Source of the DNA: Octopus sinensis
Lineage: Eukaryota
Assembly: GCF_006345805.1 (NCBI RefSeq)
Contig: NW_021824284.1
Coordinates: 1-19,191 of the forward strand
Length of the DNA: 19,191 bases
Reading direction: 5' to 3'
Shown here in pieces: positions 1-9,239 of the stretch. Position numbers and translations under genes: made by a program. Every line of letters starts with the position of its first letter. The stretch's first letter is position 1. Under the pieces are notes generated by a model. The model was not told the DNA's origin, did not search any database, and saw only the letters and a list, made by a program, of their open reading frames with translations.

Positions 1-199
1 CTACTATAATAATAAAATAAACACATTGTACCGATGTGTTATTTATTATGGTAGTTTTGACTGTAAGAGTACCTCCTAGCGTGAGGCATTTATGTATAGT
101 AATGCCCTTAATATAAATAATATATATATATATTTATTAGAATAATTTATTACCAGTGGTTCGCATGCGTAATAAAAGTCATAAGACAACATATTTTCA

Positions 200-600
200 T
201 ACATAAGAGAGTATAAAAATTTATACACAGAGAGAAGACTCTTGACAGGACTTCCTACGTGCTAAAAAGGGCAGTTAAACCCAGATCACGAGAAAAATAT
301 CTCTAAAGGCACGCCGATAATGGCACTAGAATGACAAAAGTTATTAGTTAATCCCGTACTTGAGTTTCTCTATTAAAGTGCAAATAATTTGATTTGTCAT
401 CTGTAGTTCATCAGTGGGATCGCTAAAGCAATGCATAATTATGTAGCTAGCTTTTTTACCCCTATAATTTACACAGTAAAATTTTCCTAATTCTGAGGCC
501 ATATAGTACGCAGTTTAAATTTATTATTTGTTGCTGGCGACTTGGTTAGAAAGCGCCTCTTTCTCTATTGGTAAGAAATCTTGGAATAAAACTGAACAAT
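200..600 (-). mobile_element. Possible Penelope-like element pseudo-LTR remnant (boundaries uncertain)
   Basis: Hosts the hammerhead motif. Just upstream on minus (~520-560), a 1-nt frameshift correction gives IEKEALLTK, weakly like the GIY-YIG C-terminal KEALxI motif. Confidence 0.3.
350..421 (-). ncRNA. Type I hammerhead ribozyme-like motif with extended stem II (degenerate copy)
   Basis: Minus strand reads gatccc-a-CTGATGA-a-cta...caaat-caaatt-atttg...tag-a-GAAAC-tcaa-GTA-c-gggatt. Both core segments and a GUA triplet are present, and stem I is gatccc/gggatt. The first stem I pair (A/C) and the base of stem II (A/A) are mismatched. Confidence 0.6.
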
Positions 601-665
601 GACATACATACATACATACATACATACATACATACATACATACATACAACATACATACATACATA
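601..665 (+). repeat. (TACA)n microsatellite
   Basis: Direct tandem tacatacataca... Confidence 0.97.
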
Positions 666-1079
666 CTACTGATATATTTAAAATCTTTTACTTTCATCAT
701 GTCTTAGAATCTTTTTTTATTTATTCTCTTACATTCTCATACCAACCCATAACAATGCAACTTTGTCTGAAATTAAAACTATTTTACTGCTAAAAAAAAA
801 GCCTATACCTTTTTTCAAACATTCCCTAACATGCTTTATGATCATCGACCAACATACGAAAAATCTCATTATCATGATAGACATGATAAAAAAATGTTTT
901 CCTAGTTTACATTTAGACTACTTATGATATGAATCAAAAGTTTTTAAGTATTACTGAATACTTTTGCGAAGAAAAAAACTCAAAGGTAGGAAATATTGAT
1001 ATCTCTGAGTAGACACATTAATGTGAAAAAAGCTAGAAGCATGTACCATGAATACAAGTAATGTTTTGCAAACATTGTA

Positions 1080-1113
1080 AAGATAGATAGACAAATAGAT
1101 AGATAGATAGATT

Positions 1114-1191
<78 letters not shown>

Positions 1192-1207
1192 AGACAGACA
1201 GACAGTC

Positions 1208-1280
<73 letters not shown>

Positions 1281-1342
1281 TATAGATAGATAGATGGACA
1301 GAGAGACAGATAGATAGATAGACAGACAGACAGATAGATATC
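1080..1342 (+). repeat. Compound (GATA)n/(GACA)n microsatellite
   Basis: agatagatag... switching to agacagacag... and back. Confidence 0.97.
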
Positions 1343-1568
1343 TTTTATCTTTTAGATATTTCAGTCATGAGACTGCGGCCATACTGCAGCACCACATGGA
1401 AGAATTTGCAGTCGAATGAATTGACCCCAGTACTGGTTCTTTAAGCCTGATACTTGTTCTCCCCGAACTCTTTTGCCGAAATACTCACTTACAGAGACGT
1501 AAACACACCAACATCGGTTGTCAAGCGGCGGGTGGGGGACAAACACAGATACAGATACAGGTACACAC
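1341..1568 (-). mobile_element. SINE family A, 3' half (variant tail subfamily)
   Basis: Similar to the 3' halves of the full copies at 5175-5624 and 9240-9639 (cagtca..gactgcggcca, cttttgccgaa, gtaaacacacc..catcggttgtcaag, gggacaaacac). Confidence 0.85.
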
Positions 1569-1616
<48 letters not shown>

Positions 1617-1620
1617 TATA
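1569..1620 (+). repeat. (TA)n microsatellite
   Basis: Direct TA repeat. Confidence 0.95.
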
Positions 1621-1809
1621 CAGAGTCTGCTAAAAGAATGTAGCACTCTTCAGGAAAAGAAAAAGCTGTATAATATATAACTTGTAAAAGTACCTCTATT
1701 TATATAGGACACTCTTTCGATGTTTATCAAATTGCAGCAACACAGATTTATATTTTAGACAAAATTTTTTCGTTTCCTGAAGTGTGTATTCATCTTGGGG
1801 GCGAACTTT

Positions 1810-1831
1810 GGATATATATATATATATATAG

Positions 1832-1863
<32 letters not shown>

Positions 1864-1902
1864 CGCGCGCACACACGCACACGCAAACACACATACATAT
1901 AT
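1810..1902 (+). repeat. (TA)n/(CA)n microsatellite
   Basis: Direct dinucleotide repeats. Confidence 0.95.
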
Positions 1903-1934
1903 TTGCATGTGGGCGCTGAAATCTACCATTTTAT

Positions 1935-2095
1935 TCATTCTCTCTCTCTGTTTATTTTTTCTTATTCCTTTCTGTTGAAGAGCGAAGGCTCGAAACATAA
2001 AAGACTTTTTCATTTTCCCGAACGTCAAACTAACACACCTGCCGCTTGTTCATACACCTGTCTTCGTCTTTTGTTTTTTTATAAATTTCAATTGC
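1935..2095 (+). mobile_element. Dispersed hammerhead-bearing repeat, copy 1 (Penelope pLTR-like or retrozyme-like)
   Basis: Reverse complement aligns with 6058-6235 (aaacaaaagacgaag.caggtg, aagtctttta.gtttcgagcct.cgctcttc.acagaaag); partial third copy at 7626-7684. Confidence 0.75.
1968..2003 (+). ncRNA. Minimal type I hammerhead-like motif, variant core CUGUUGA
   Basis: cttt-CTGTTGA-a-GAGC-gaag-GCTC-GAAAC-ATA-aaag. Stem I cttt/aaag and stem II GAGC/GCTC pair. Stem III has a C/A mismatch (ATA where the 6161-6163 copy has GTA). Confidence 0.6.
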
Positions 2096-2102
2096 ATATG
2101 TA

Positions 2103-2252
2103 GGCGCAGGAGTAGCTCTGTGGTTCGGGGTTCAGTTTCACTGCATGGCACCTTGAGCAAGTGCCTTCTATTATAACCTCGGGTCGACTAAAGCCTTGTG
2201 AATGGATTTGGTAGGCGAAAACCGAAAGAATCCCGTCGTATATATACATATG

Positions 2253-2307
<55 letters not shown>

Positions 2308-2318
2308 TGTGCCTGTGC
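2103..2318 (+). mobile_element. SINE family A, 5' part (tRNA-like head with internal deletion, central domain, TG tract)
   Basis: ggcgcaggagt...ggttcagt...gcaccttg.gcaagtg...gccttgtga.tggatttggtag...gaaagaa.cccgtcgta matches 9240-9420. Confidence 0.9.
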
Positions 2319-2326
2319 AAAGAACA

Positions 2327-2388
2327 GGCTTCTTTCAGTTTCCGTCTATCAAATCCACTCACAAGGCTTCGGTCAGCCCGAAGCTATA
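2327..2388 (-). mobile_element. SINE family A central-domain fragment, inverted relative to 2172-2233
   Basis: ggcttctttcagtttccgtctatcaaatccactcacaaggct is nearly identical to 5469-5510. Confidence 0.88.
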
Positions 2389-2395
2389 CTACATT

Positions 2396-2802
2396 TGAGC
2401 ATGTCCCTTAGTGGCTGACGATTTGTACATCTCTGATCACGAGCAGAAGTAGTGGGGAAGCATCATAGCCATGTGTTAAGAGGGATTCTTTGAGGTTTGA
2501 ATAATTCACCTTTGGAAACATGGGTGTTTCGTTCAGCATCCTTAAACAACCCTTATTCAGGGACCTTTTGAGCGGGATGGGTTACTCGACCAGAAGAAAA
2601 TTCTAACTGGTTGCCACCTGCGCGGTCATGCGCTGTTTATCTTGATATGAGAACACCATGTCGCGTACATATGGTTGTGACGTATGTGCCTGGTGAACCC
2701 TAATCAGACGGGTAGCCATGATGGGTATACTGGGCTTCGTATATTTTACCCCAGTGTCACTTTGATGACATACACTGCTCTCTCACTCAATAATAATAAT
2801 AA
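2396..2802 (+). mobile_element. Probable 3' fragment of a non-LTR retrotransposon ending in (AAT)n
   Basis: Complex, higher-GC block ending abruptly in ctctctcactc-aataataataat, with no long ORF. Family not assigned. Confidence 0.4.
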
Positions 2803-3128
2803 ATAGATAAAGCGGTGAGAGCCATAATCATCGTAGTATAGGCAGTTAGCTTCAAACATAGACATGGTTTGTATAGATTACATAAAGCAGATATTATCCG
2901 ATCAATAAATTTTATTAATCAACGTGTCATACAATTCGTCCCGTATCGAATTAGATAGAGATTCCAGTAAGCTGACCATCACGTTTTGTTCTCTATTGAG
3001 ATTAATTTCACATTGGTAACCGCAATGATTTGGCGTAACACGAATCAGCTACAGTGCAGACTTCAACATGACGGGTTGAAGTTCTCCATCATGGTAACGC
3101 GTGGTGAGGAAGGTTAGGCTATGATACC

Positions 3129-3360
3129 TATTTCTTTATTACCCACAAGGGGCTAAACACAGAGGGGACAAACAAGGACAGACATAGGTATTAAGTCGAT
3201 TACATCGACCCCAGTGCGTAACTGGTACTTAATTTATCGACCCCGAAAGGATGAAAGGCAAAGTCGACCTCGGCGGAATTTGAACTCACAACGTAACGCA
3301 GACGAAATACCGCTAAGCATTTCGCCCGGCGTGCTAACGTTTCTGCCAGCTCGCTGCCTT
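3129..3360 (-). mobile_element. Full-length tRNA-derived SINE family B with 18-bp target-site duplication
   Basis: TSD aggttaggctatgatacc at 3111-3128 and 3361-3378. Minus strand has A-box-like TGGCAGAAACG, B-box GTTCAAATTCC and a tail ending aataaagaaata. Confidence 0.92.
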
Positions 3361-4548
3361 AGGTTAGGCTATGATACCAGTCCAGAAACCGGTCCACGTG
3401 AGTCCAAATACGTGAATGTATGTTGAAAGATTGTCTTGACCCGTTTGCTCGCAAACAGTTGATATGCGTAGTTGTTATCAGTGTATTTTTTCGGCGATTT
3501 AAAAAAGAGTTTTGACTGTTATTTCCAGCAGCTTGACATACTTTGTTTGTCCTTTGATTTATATAAATTTTTTATCCTTCAGCTTTTTGAGGGCCTGCAA
3601 TCGTCTATATTATTGATTCTGTTATTATAATTCTTAATTGTTACCCTAGATAATAAGAGAGTCAATAATATCTTCGCAAATATTTTTCTTCTGAACTATT
3701 TGCTCCATATATATATATATATATACTAGCATAAAAGCCGACTTTTAAACTAGCTCCTGTGGAGGGCTAATTGGGGCTGCGGCCCAATACAAAAGAGAGC
3801 TACATAGCACGACTATAATACGTCTATAATGACTATATGCCCTGGTGGTGTTTCATCTGAGGTTAAAGATGGATGACAATTAATTCTGTGATGCTATCAT
3901 TCTATTGTTCCAGTCCCAATTCGAATTCCAACTGTTGGCCAATTTATTAGAAAGTTCCTATCTCGACGTAAAATTAACGAAGCAAGTGTCATTTATCACC
4001 TCTTTGATCTCTGACGTCATCTGACAAACGCCAGCCAAGATGGTGTGAGCCAGCCAAGCTTTACTTGCAACAAATGGCAACCCAAATGCTTTTAAATCAG
4101 GTCTTAATGCTGAATGTTCAAGAACCAAATGAAGGGCAGATTTTCAATCCTGGGATCATCTTGATTCCAAAGAGTATAAGTGCAGAGCGAATGTATATTG
4201 AGATACAGTGGTCTCGAACAGCCAGAATTTCGCTTTTACTATAGATGTGTGTGTGTGTAAATGTTCAAGGGTTTGACAGAATAATGGAAACGCCATGTTA
4301 AATGGAAGATTTATAGATTAATGTGGTGTTGGGCCACCTTTTGCATCAATCACAACTTTTGATTCATATTAATTCAGAAAGATTGTGAGTGGAATTTTAA
4401 AAATAAAATCTCTTAATTCATTAATCGTAGAAGGCGGAAGGAGGCGACTCCTAACTTGCTACTCTAAATTGCACCATAAATGTTCGATTATATTCAAATG
4501 TGGTGTTGTTGTGAGGCCAATCTAATCACTTTTTTGTTCTTCATATCA

Positions 4549-4642
<94 letters not shown>
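4549..4642 (+). repeat. (GATA)n microsatellite inside the Tc1 remnant
   Basis: Near-perfect agat tandem. Confidence 0.97.
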
Positions 4643-4721
4643 TTCTTTTGTCTTTTAGATATTTCAGTCATGAGACTGCGGCCATTCTGGAGCACCACAT
4701 TGAAAAATTTGTAGTCGAATG
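4641..4721 (-). mobile_element. SINE family A extreme 3' fragment (variant tail subfamily)
   Basis: tcttttagatatttcagtcatgagactgcggcca...gcaccac...gtagtcgaatgaat matches 1350-1425. Confidence 0.85.
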
Positions 4722-5174
4722 AATCATGTGAATCGACGCATTATCGTCCTGAAAGATTGTATTAACATCAGTGATTAATGCTTGAATCTTAGAATGGATA
4801 AGACCAGTTAAAATACTCAGATAATCCTTGGTGAAATGCAGGACAAGAAAGGAGTCAAGAGAAGCCCGTGATGTGGCTGCCCAACTCAGCAGAGAGCCGC
4901 CTCGATGCTTCACTGTAGGGGCAAAACATTCACAGTTGAAGGCTTCATTAGGCTGTCTCAAGACATAAACTAACCCTCAAGTGGGAAAAAGATATACTAG
5001 ACATTATTTTATTTTCCGCTTATCAATGTTGATAGGTGGGGAGAGGTTTAGCACTTGCAGCCTCCCATAGTATCCAACTTTACGGAGCTTATAGCGAACA
5101 GTTTCAGTTGACACACGGTTGGCAAGTTGAGGGTTTAAATTTGCTGTCACTTTTGCTGCCGTAGTTCGGTTGTT

Positions 5175-5624
5175 TTACTCTTCACTCTTTTACTCTTTTA
5201 CTTGTTTCAGTCATTTGACTTCGGCCATGCTGGAGCACCGCTTTTAATCGAGCAACTCGACCCCGGGACTTATTCTTTGTAAGCCCAGTACTTATTCTAT
5301 CGGTCTCTTTGCCGAACCGCTAAGTGACGGTGACATAAACACACCAGCATCGGTTGTCAAGTGATGTTGGGGGGACAAACAAAGACACACAAACATATAC
5401 ACACGCATACACGCACACACACAGATATGCAAACTCACACACACACATATATATACATATATACGACGGGCTTCTTTCAGTTTCCGTCAACCAAATCCAC
5501 TCACAAGGCTTTGGTCGGCCCGAGGCTATAGTAGAAGACACTTGCCCAAGGTGCCACGCAGTGGGACTGAACCCGGAACCATGTGGTTGGTAAACAAGTT
5601 ACTTACCACACAGCCACTCCTGCC
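5175..5624 (-). mobile_element. Full-length tRNA-derived SINE family A
   Basis: Minus strand has A-box-like TGGCTGTGTGG, B-box GGTTCAGTCCC, the central domain, an internal TG/TA tract and a (gagtaaaa)n tail; colinear with 9240-9639. Confidence 0.93.
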
Positions 5625-5974
5625 TTTTGTTTTGGTTTTGTTTTTTATTGTCGGTTTTGGGGTATTTGGGGGGGGGTCTTTTGTTTTGTTTTGTTTTTAC
5701 ACAGTATGTTTTTCTATTCTGTGAGCTTTGCCTTTCCGTTCAGAAATATGTTTTCCTGAGCTAGTTCTAGTTTGGTTTTGGAACGCTAACACGATTTCAG
5801 AGACTATACCTCTGAAAGCATTAAACGATTCAGCTGTCTATTTATTAATTATATACTGTTAATTATTATGTACTTAATTATGATCTGGGTAAATGTCCTA
5901 TCATATATTTTATTTTTTCTATGTGGTATGTTTACGGCTATCATTGTTGAATTACATAATAGTGGTTTTCTCTA

Positions 5975-6014
<40 letters not shown>

Positions 6015-6015
6015 T

Positions 6016-6046
<31 letters not shown>

Positions 6047-6057
6047 ATATGTATATA

Positions 6058-6235
6058 TAACGGGAAGGTTTACGAAAATAAACAAAAGACGAAGGCAGGT
6101 GGAGTACAAGCAACCAATGTATTAGTATGGCGCTCAGGAATAGAAATAGAACAAGTCTTTTACGTTTCGAGCCTACGCTCTTCGACAGAAAGATGCACAG
6201 AAAAAAAAAACAGGAGAGAAACAAGGAGACAAAAA
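6058..6235 (-). mobile_element. Dispersed hammerhead-bearing repeat, copy 2
   Basis: Homologous to 1935-2095 in opposite orientation. Confidence 0.75.
6156..6193 (-). ncRNA. Minimal type I hammerhead-like motif, variant core CUGUCGA
   Basis: Minus strand reads tcttt-CTGTCGA-a-GAGC-gtag-GCTC-GAAAC-GTA-aaaga: 5-bp stem I, 4-bp stem II, loopless palindromic ACGU stem III, GUA triplet. Confidence 0.7.
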
Positions 6236-6317
6236 AATGCGTGTATGAGCTAAACGATCTATCATATATACATATATATAAGTATTATGTATGTATGTAT
6301 GTATGTATAATATATAT

Positions 6318-6368
<51 letters not shown>

Positions 6369-6372
6369 TATA

Positions 6373-6434
<62 letters not shown>

Positions 6435-6514
6435 ATATATATATCATATATACTATATATATATATATTATATATATATATATTATATAATATATATATA
6501 TATAATATATATCT

Positions 6515-6755
6515 AATGGGTGTGGTTCAATGGTCAGGGGTTTGCACTCATGATCGTAGTAAGATGGTTTCGATTCCCTGGACCGGGCGATGCGTTATGT
6601 TCTTGAGAAAACACATTCATTTCAGGGTGCTCCAGTTCACAAGCTTGTAAAAATTAGTAAATCTGTGATTGACTGGCTTCTCAGGGGAGAATATATATGC
6701 CACAGAATCCAGAAAAGTGGCTTCATGAGCCTATGTCTCGGGAAGAACCTTTGAT
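6515..6755 (+). mobile_element. Degenerate tRNA-derived SINE (third family)
   Basis: tRNA-like head gtgtggttcaatggtcaggg...gtttcgattccc followed by gttcttgag.aaaacac and gtgctccagttcac; heavily diverged. Confidence 0.55.
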
Positions 6756-7029
6756 CCTCAATTTTATATATACTTATTTTTATCAGAAGTGACATCGTCT
6801 TGTATATCTTTTATTCAAGACGATCGAACTGTCGGTTGGAATTTGAAGAAATCTTCCAGCAGTAACTGCTCAAAGAGTTCCCCATAAACTGGTTACCTTA
6901 CCGAGTATTTAACGCATTGACATACGAATGAGCAACGAGATTAACTGATAACAGAATCACTATAAATGGCGGAAACATTGATAGGCAGACGATATGCACG
7001 GAAAATACTGATCATAACATCGATCACCC

Positions 7030-7334
7030 ACTCTCTCTCACTCTCACTCTCTCTCTCCCCTCACTCTCCGCTTCCTTTTTCTCTCTCCCTCTCTTTCCCT
7101 CTCTCTACTTCTCTCCCCCTCTCTTTGTCTCTTACTCTTTCTATTTCATTCACTATTTATCTATCTCATAGTCTTTCATTCTTTTACTCTCTCTCTCTCT
7201 TACGTTTCCTGTTTCACCAATTCATTCACCCTCTCCTAGCTTTTCTATTTCATTCTATCACTTTATATTTTTTGCTTTCTCTCCCTATCTATCTACACTT
7301 CCTCACTCTTGTATCTTCTATTATCTCTCCCTCT

Positions 7335-7374
<40 letters not shown>

Positions 7375-7420
7375 CACACTTTATCTCTTTCTCGCTCACA
7401 CTTACTTTCTCTCCTATAAC
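7030..7420 (+). repeat. Degenerate (CT)n polypyrimidine tract
   Basis: ctctctc-rich low complexity. Confidence 0.9.
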
Positions 7421-7625
7421 TTGCTTTACACTCATGGAGAAGAAAGCCGAGAAGCAGATGATTAATGTGAAAAGCGGTGTGAGGAATGAAATTCGTTTGG
7501 GAAGAAATGATTGGTAAGATAAGAGATGATGGGAAAAAAGGTCCTGCAGCGTAGTGACAGTCAGTCAACCAATCATTTCTGAGTTTCGAGTTTTAGTTTT
7601 ACCTATAAATATATATATAGATAGT

Positions 7626-7684
7626 AGCGCCAGACTAATGCATCTGCTGTTGTTCATACGCCTGTCTTCGTTTTTTGTTTTATA
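7626..7684 (+). mobile_element. Short fragment of the hammerhead-bearing repeat (ribozyme part absent)
   Basis: ctaatgcatctgctgttgttcatacgcctgtcttcgttttttgtttt resembles 2029-2078. Confidence 0.65.
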
Positions 7685-7726
7685 ATATATAATATATGTG
7701 TGTGTATATATATATGATATATATAT

Positions 7727-7775
<49 letters not shown>

Positions 7776-8175
7776 ATATAATACATACATATATATAATA
7801 TATACATAAATATAATATGATATATAATATAATATATACATATATATATATAATATATATATACACATATACGTATGCATGTATATATATATATATATAT
7901 ATACATATATGTGTGTGTGGTGTGTGTGTGTGTGTATGCATATAATATATATGTACGTGTGTCTCTGTAGATAGAAATATAGGTATGTATATATGTATAT
8001 ATATATACACATATACGTATATATGTGTATATATGTGTGTGTGTGTATACATGTATACACATATATATAAAAATATATATGGATATTACTGTTAATAATT
8101 TACAATGATATCAGTGCTAGCATGCGTAAAAGAACCATAAAGTCAAGTAACCATCATTATCAATAAATACATACA

Positions 8176-8223
<48 letters not shown>

Positions 8224-8368
8224 TATATATAATATAATATTATTATATATATCATATATATTGTATATATATTTATTATATATTATAAATATATATTATA
8301 TTATATTATATTATATATTATATTATATTATATTATATTATATATATTATTTATTATATATTATATAT
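7685..8368 (+). repeat. (TA)n/(TG)n/(TTATA)n low-complexity arrays
   Basis: Direct repeats at 7685-8090 and 8170-8368. Confidence 0.92.
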
Positions 8369-8649
8369 CGCAGTTATCTCCATTATGTGTAGCATACTGC
8401 TACAGTTAAGTGCTACAAATAACTATTTTTTATGGGACAAAGGAGGGTCCTCTTTCTATAACTCTTGTTATTTGCTGTTGTTGTAATTATTTATTGTTTC
8501 TGAAAGTATTTTGTCTATTGTATGAATTTCCAACTTGTTTTTACTTAATATTTTGTTTCCATTTATAATTCATATTTTATTTCTGACAGCTTTTGTGTAT
8601 AATTCATATGTGGTTCTTATTGGTCCTGTTTTTCTGTTATTTTTTTATA

Positions 8650-8990
8650 ATTATTTTTGTTACATTACGTAAAATATATTCCCGAAATTGATGGACATAT
8701 AGTGGCACGTAAGCTGACTCAAGAAATCTCTAGTGAGACTTTTTATTGATGTACCTGAGGAGACCCAGAACGGGTTGAAAACATGTGTTTGTACCCAATA
8801 AAGTCTGTTACACATTCCATCTCCTATTTTATAACCACCACTATGAAGCTTCTGCAGTAAATCTACGGATAACACCCAAGTTCGAAATTTCACCAAGACA
8901 CCTGATGAAGGCTGGAGGGTATATCAGCCGAAACGTTGTCAACAACAAATAAGATGAGACAAATATCCGTCAAATGTAAATAATGTAAGT
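8650..8990 (+). mobile_element. Probable Penelope-like element pseudo-LTR fragment (boundaries approximate)
   Basis: Contains CTGATGA...GAAACGTT, the arrangement typical of Penelope pLTR hammerheads, and ends in aaatgtaaataatgta short repeats. Confidence 0.55.
8897..8940 (+). ncRNA. Minimal type I hammerhead ribozyme-like motif, canonical core
   Basis: gacac-CTGATGA(8902-8908)-a-GGCTG-gagggtatat-CAGCC-GAAAC-GTT-gtc: 5-bp stem II, palindromic ACGU stem III, GUU triplet; stem I only ~2 bp in this copy. Confidence 0.7.
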
Positions 8991-9032
8991 ACTGTAAAAA
9001 AAACTGTATACTTATATACATTTATGCGCATT

Positions 9033-9230
9033 TTCTTTTCTTGTCATTTGACTGCGGCCATGCTGGAGGACCGCCTTTGGTGGAACGAATCGACCCCAGG
9101 ACTTATTCTTTGTAAGCCTAGTACTTATTCTATCTAAATCCTTTTGCCGAACCGCTAGGTTACGGGGTCGTAATCAGACTATTCGGGGGGGGGGAGCGAT
9201 AGTAGGGGAGAAACACTGACACAAACATAT
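9033..9230 (-). mobile_element. SINE family A, 3' half
   Basis: gtcatttgactgcggccatgctggag...gacttattctttgtaagcc...ttttgccgaaccgcta is the reverse complement of 9490-9614. Confidence 0.88.
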
Positions 9231-9239
9231 ACATATATA

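Larger units (their letters stand above)
4266..5174 (-). pseudogene. Decayed Tc1-family (DD34E) transposase with one terminal inverted repeat
   Basis: Minus-strand remnants: TTAAKVTANLN, VSTETVRYKLRKVGYYGR, VYVLRQPNEAFNCECFAPTVKHRGGS, IFQDDNASIH, LDWP..NIIEHLW, VIDAKGGPT. Tc1-type end caagggtttgacagaataatggaaacgcc at 4266-4294. Several stops and frameshifts; interrupted at 4548-4721. Confidence 0.88.
5977..6515 (+). repeat. (TA)n-type arrays at 5977-6058 and ~6265-6515 flanking repeat copy 2
   Basis: Direct TA/TATG repeats. Confidence 0.9.

Noticed and set aside
6795-6824. 9-bp inverted repeat atcgtcttg/caagacgat
   Set aside because: Isolated short hairpin with no context; expected by chance at this scale.
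6966-7517. 183-aa hydrophobic-looking ORF, and a possible short exon MEKKAEKQ... with a gtaaga donor near 7512
   Set aside because: Mostly a (CT)n tract read as SLSL. The short tail has no recognisable homology and no partner exon.
599-8062. ORFs rich in YI/TH/VC/IYLS repeats (599-793, 1696-2028, 1795-2103, 2171-2411, 6127-6516, 7565-8062)
   Set aside because: They are translations of TA, CA, TACA and GATA microsatellites that lack stops in some frames.
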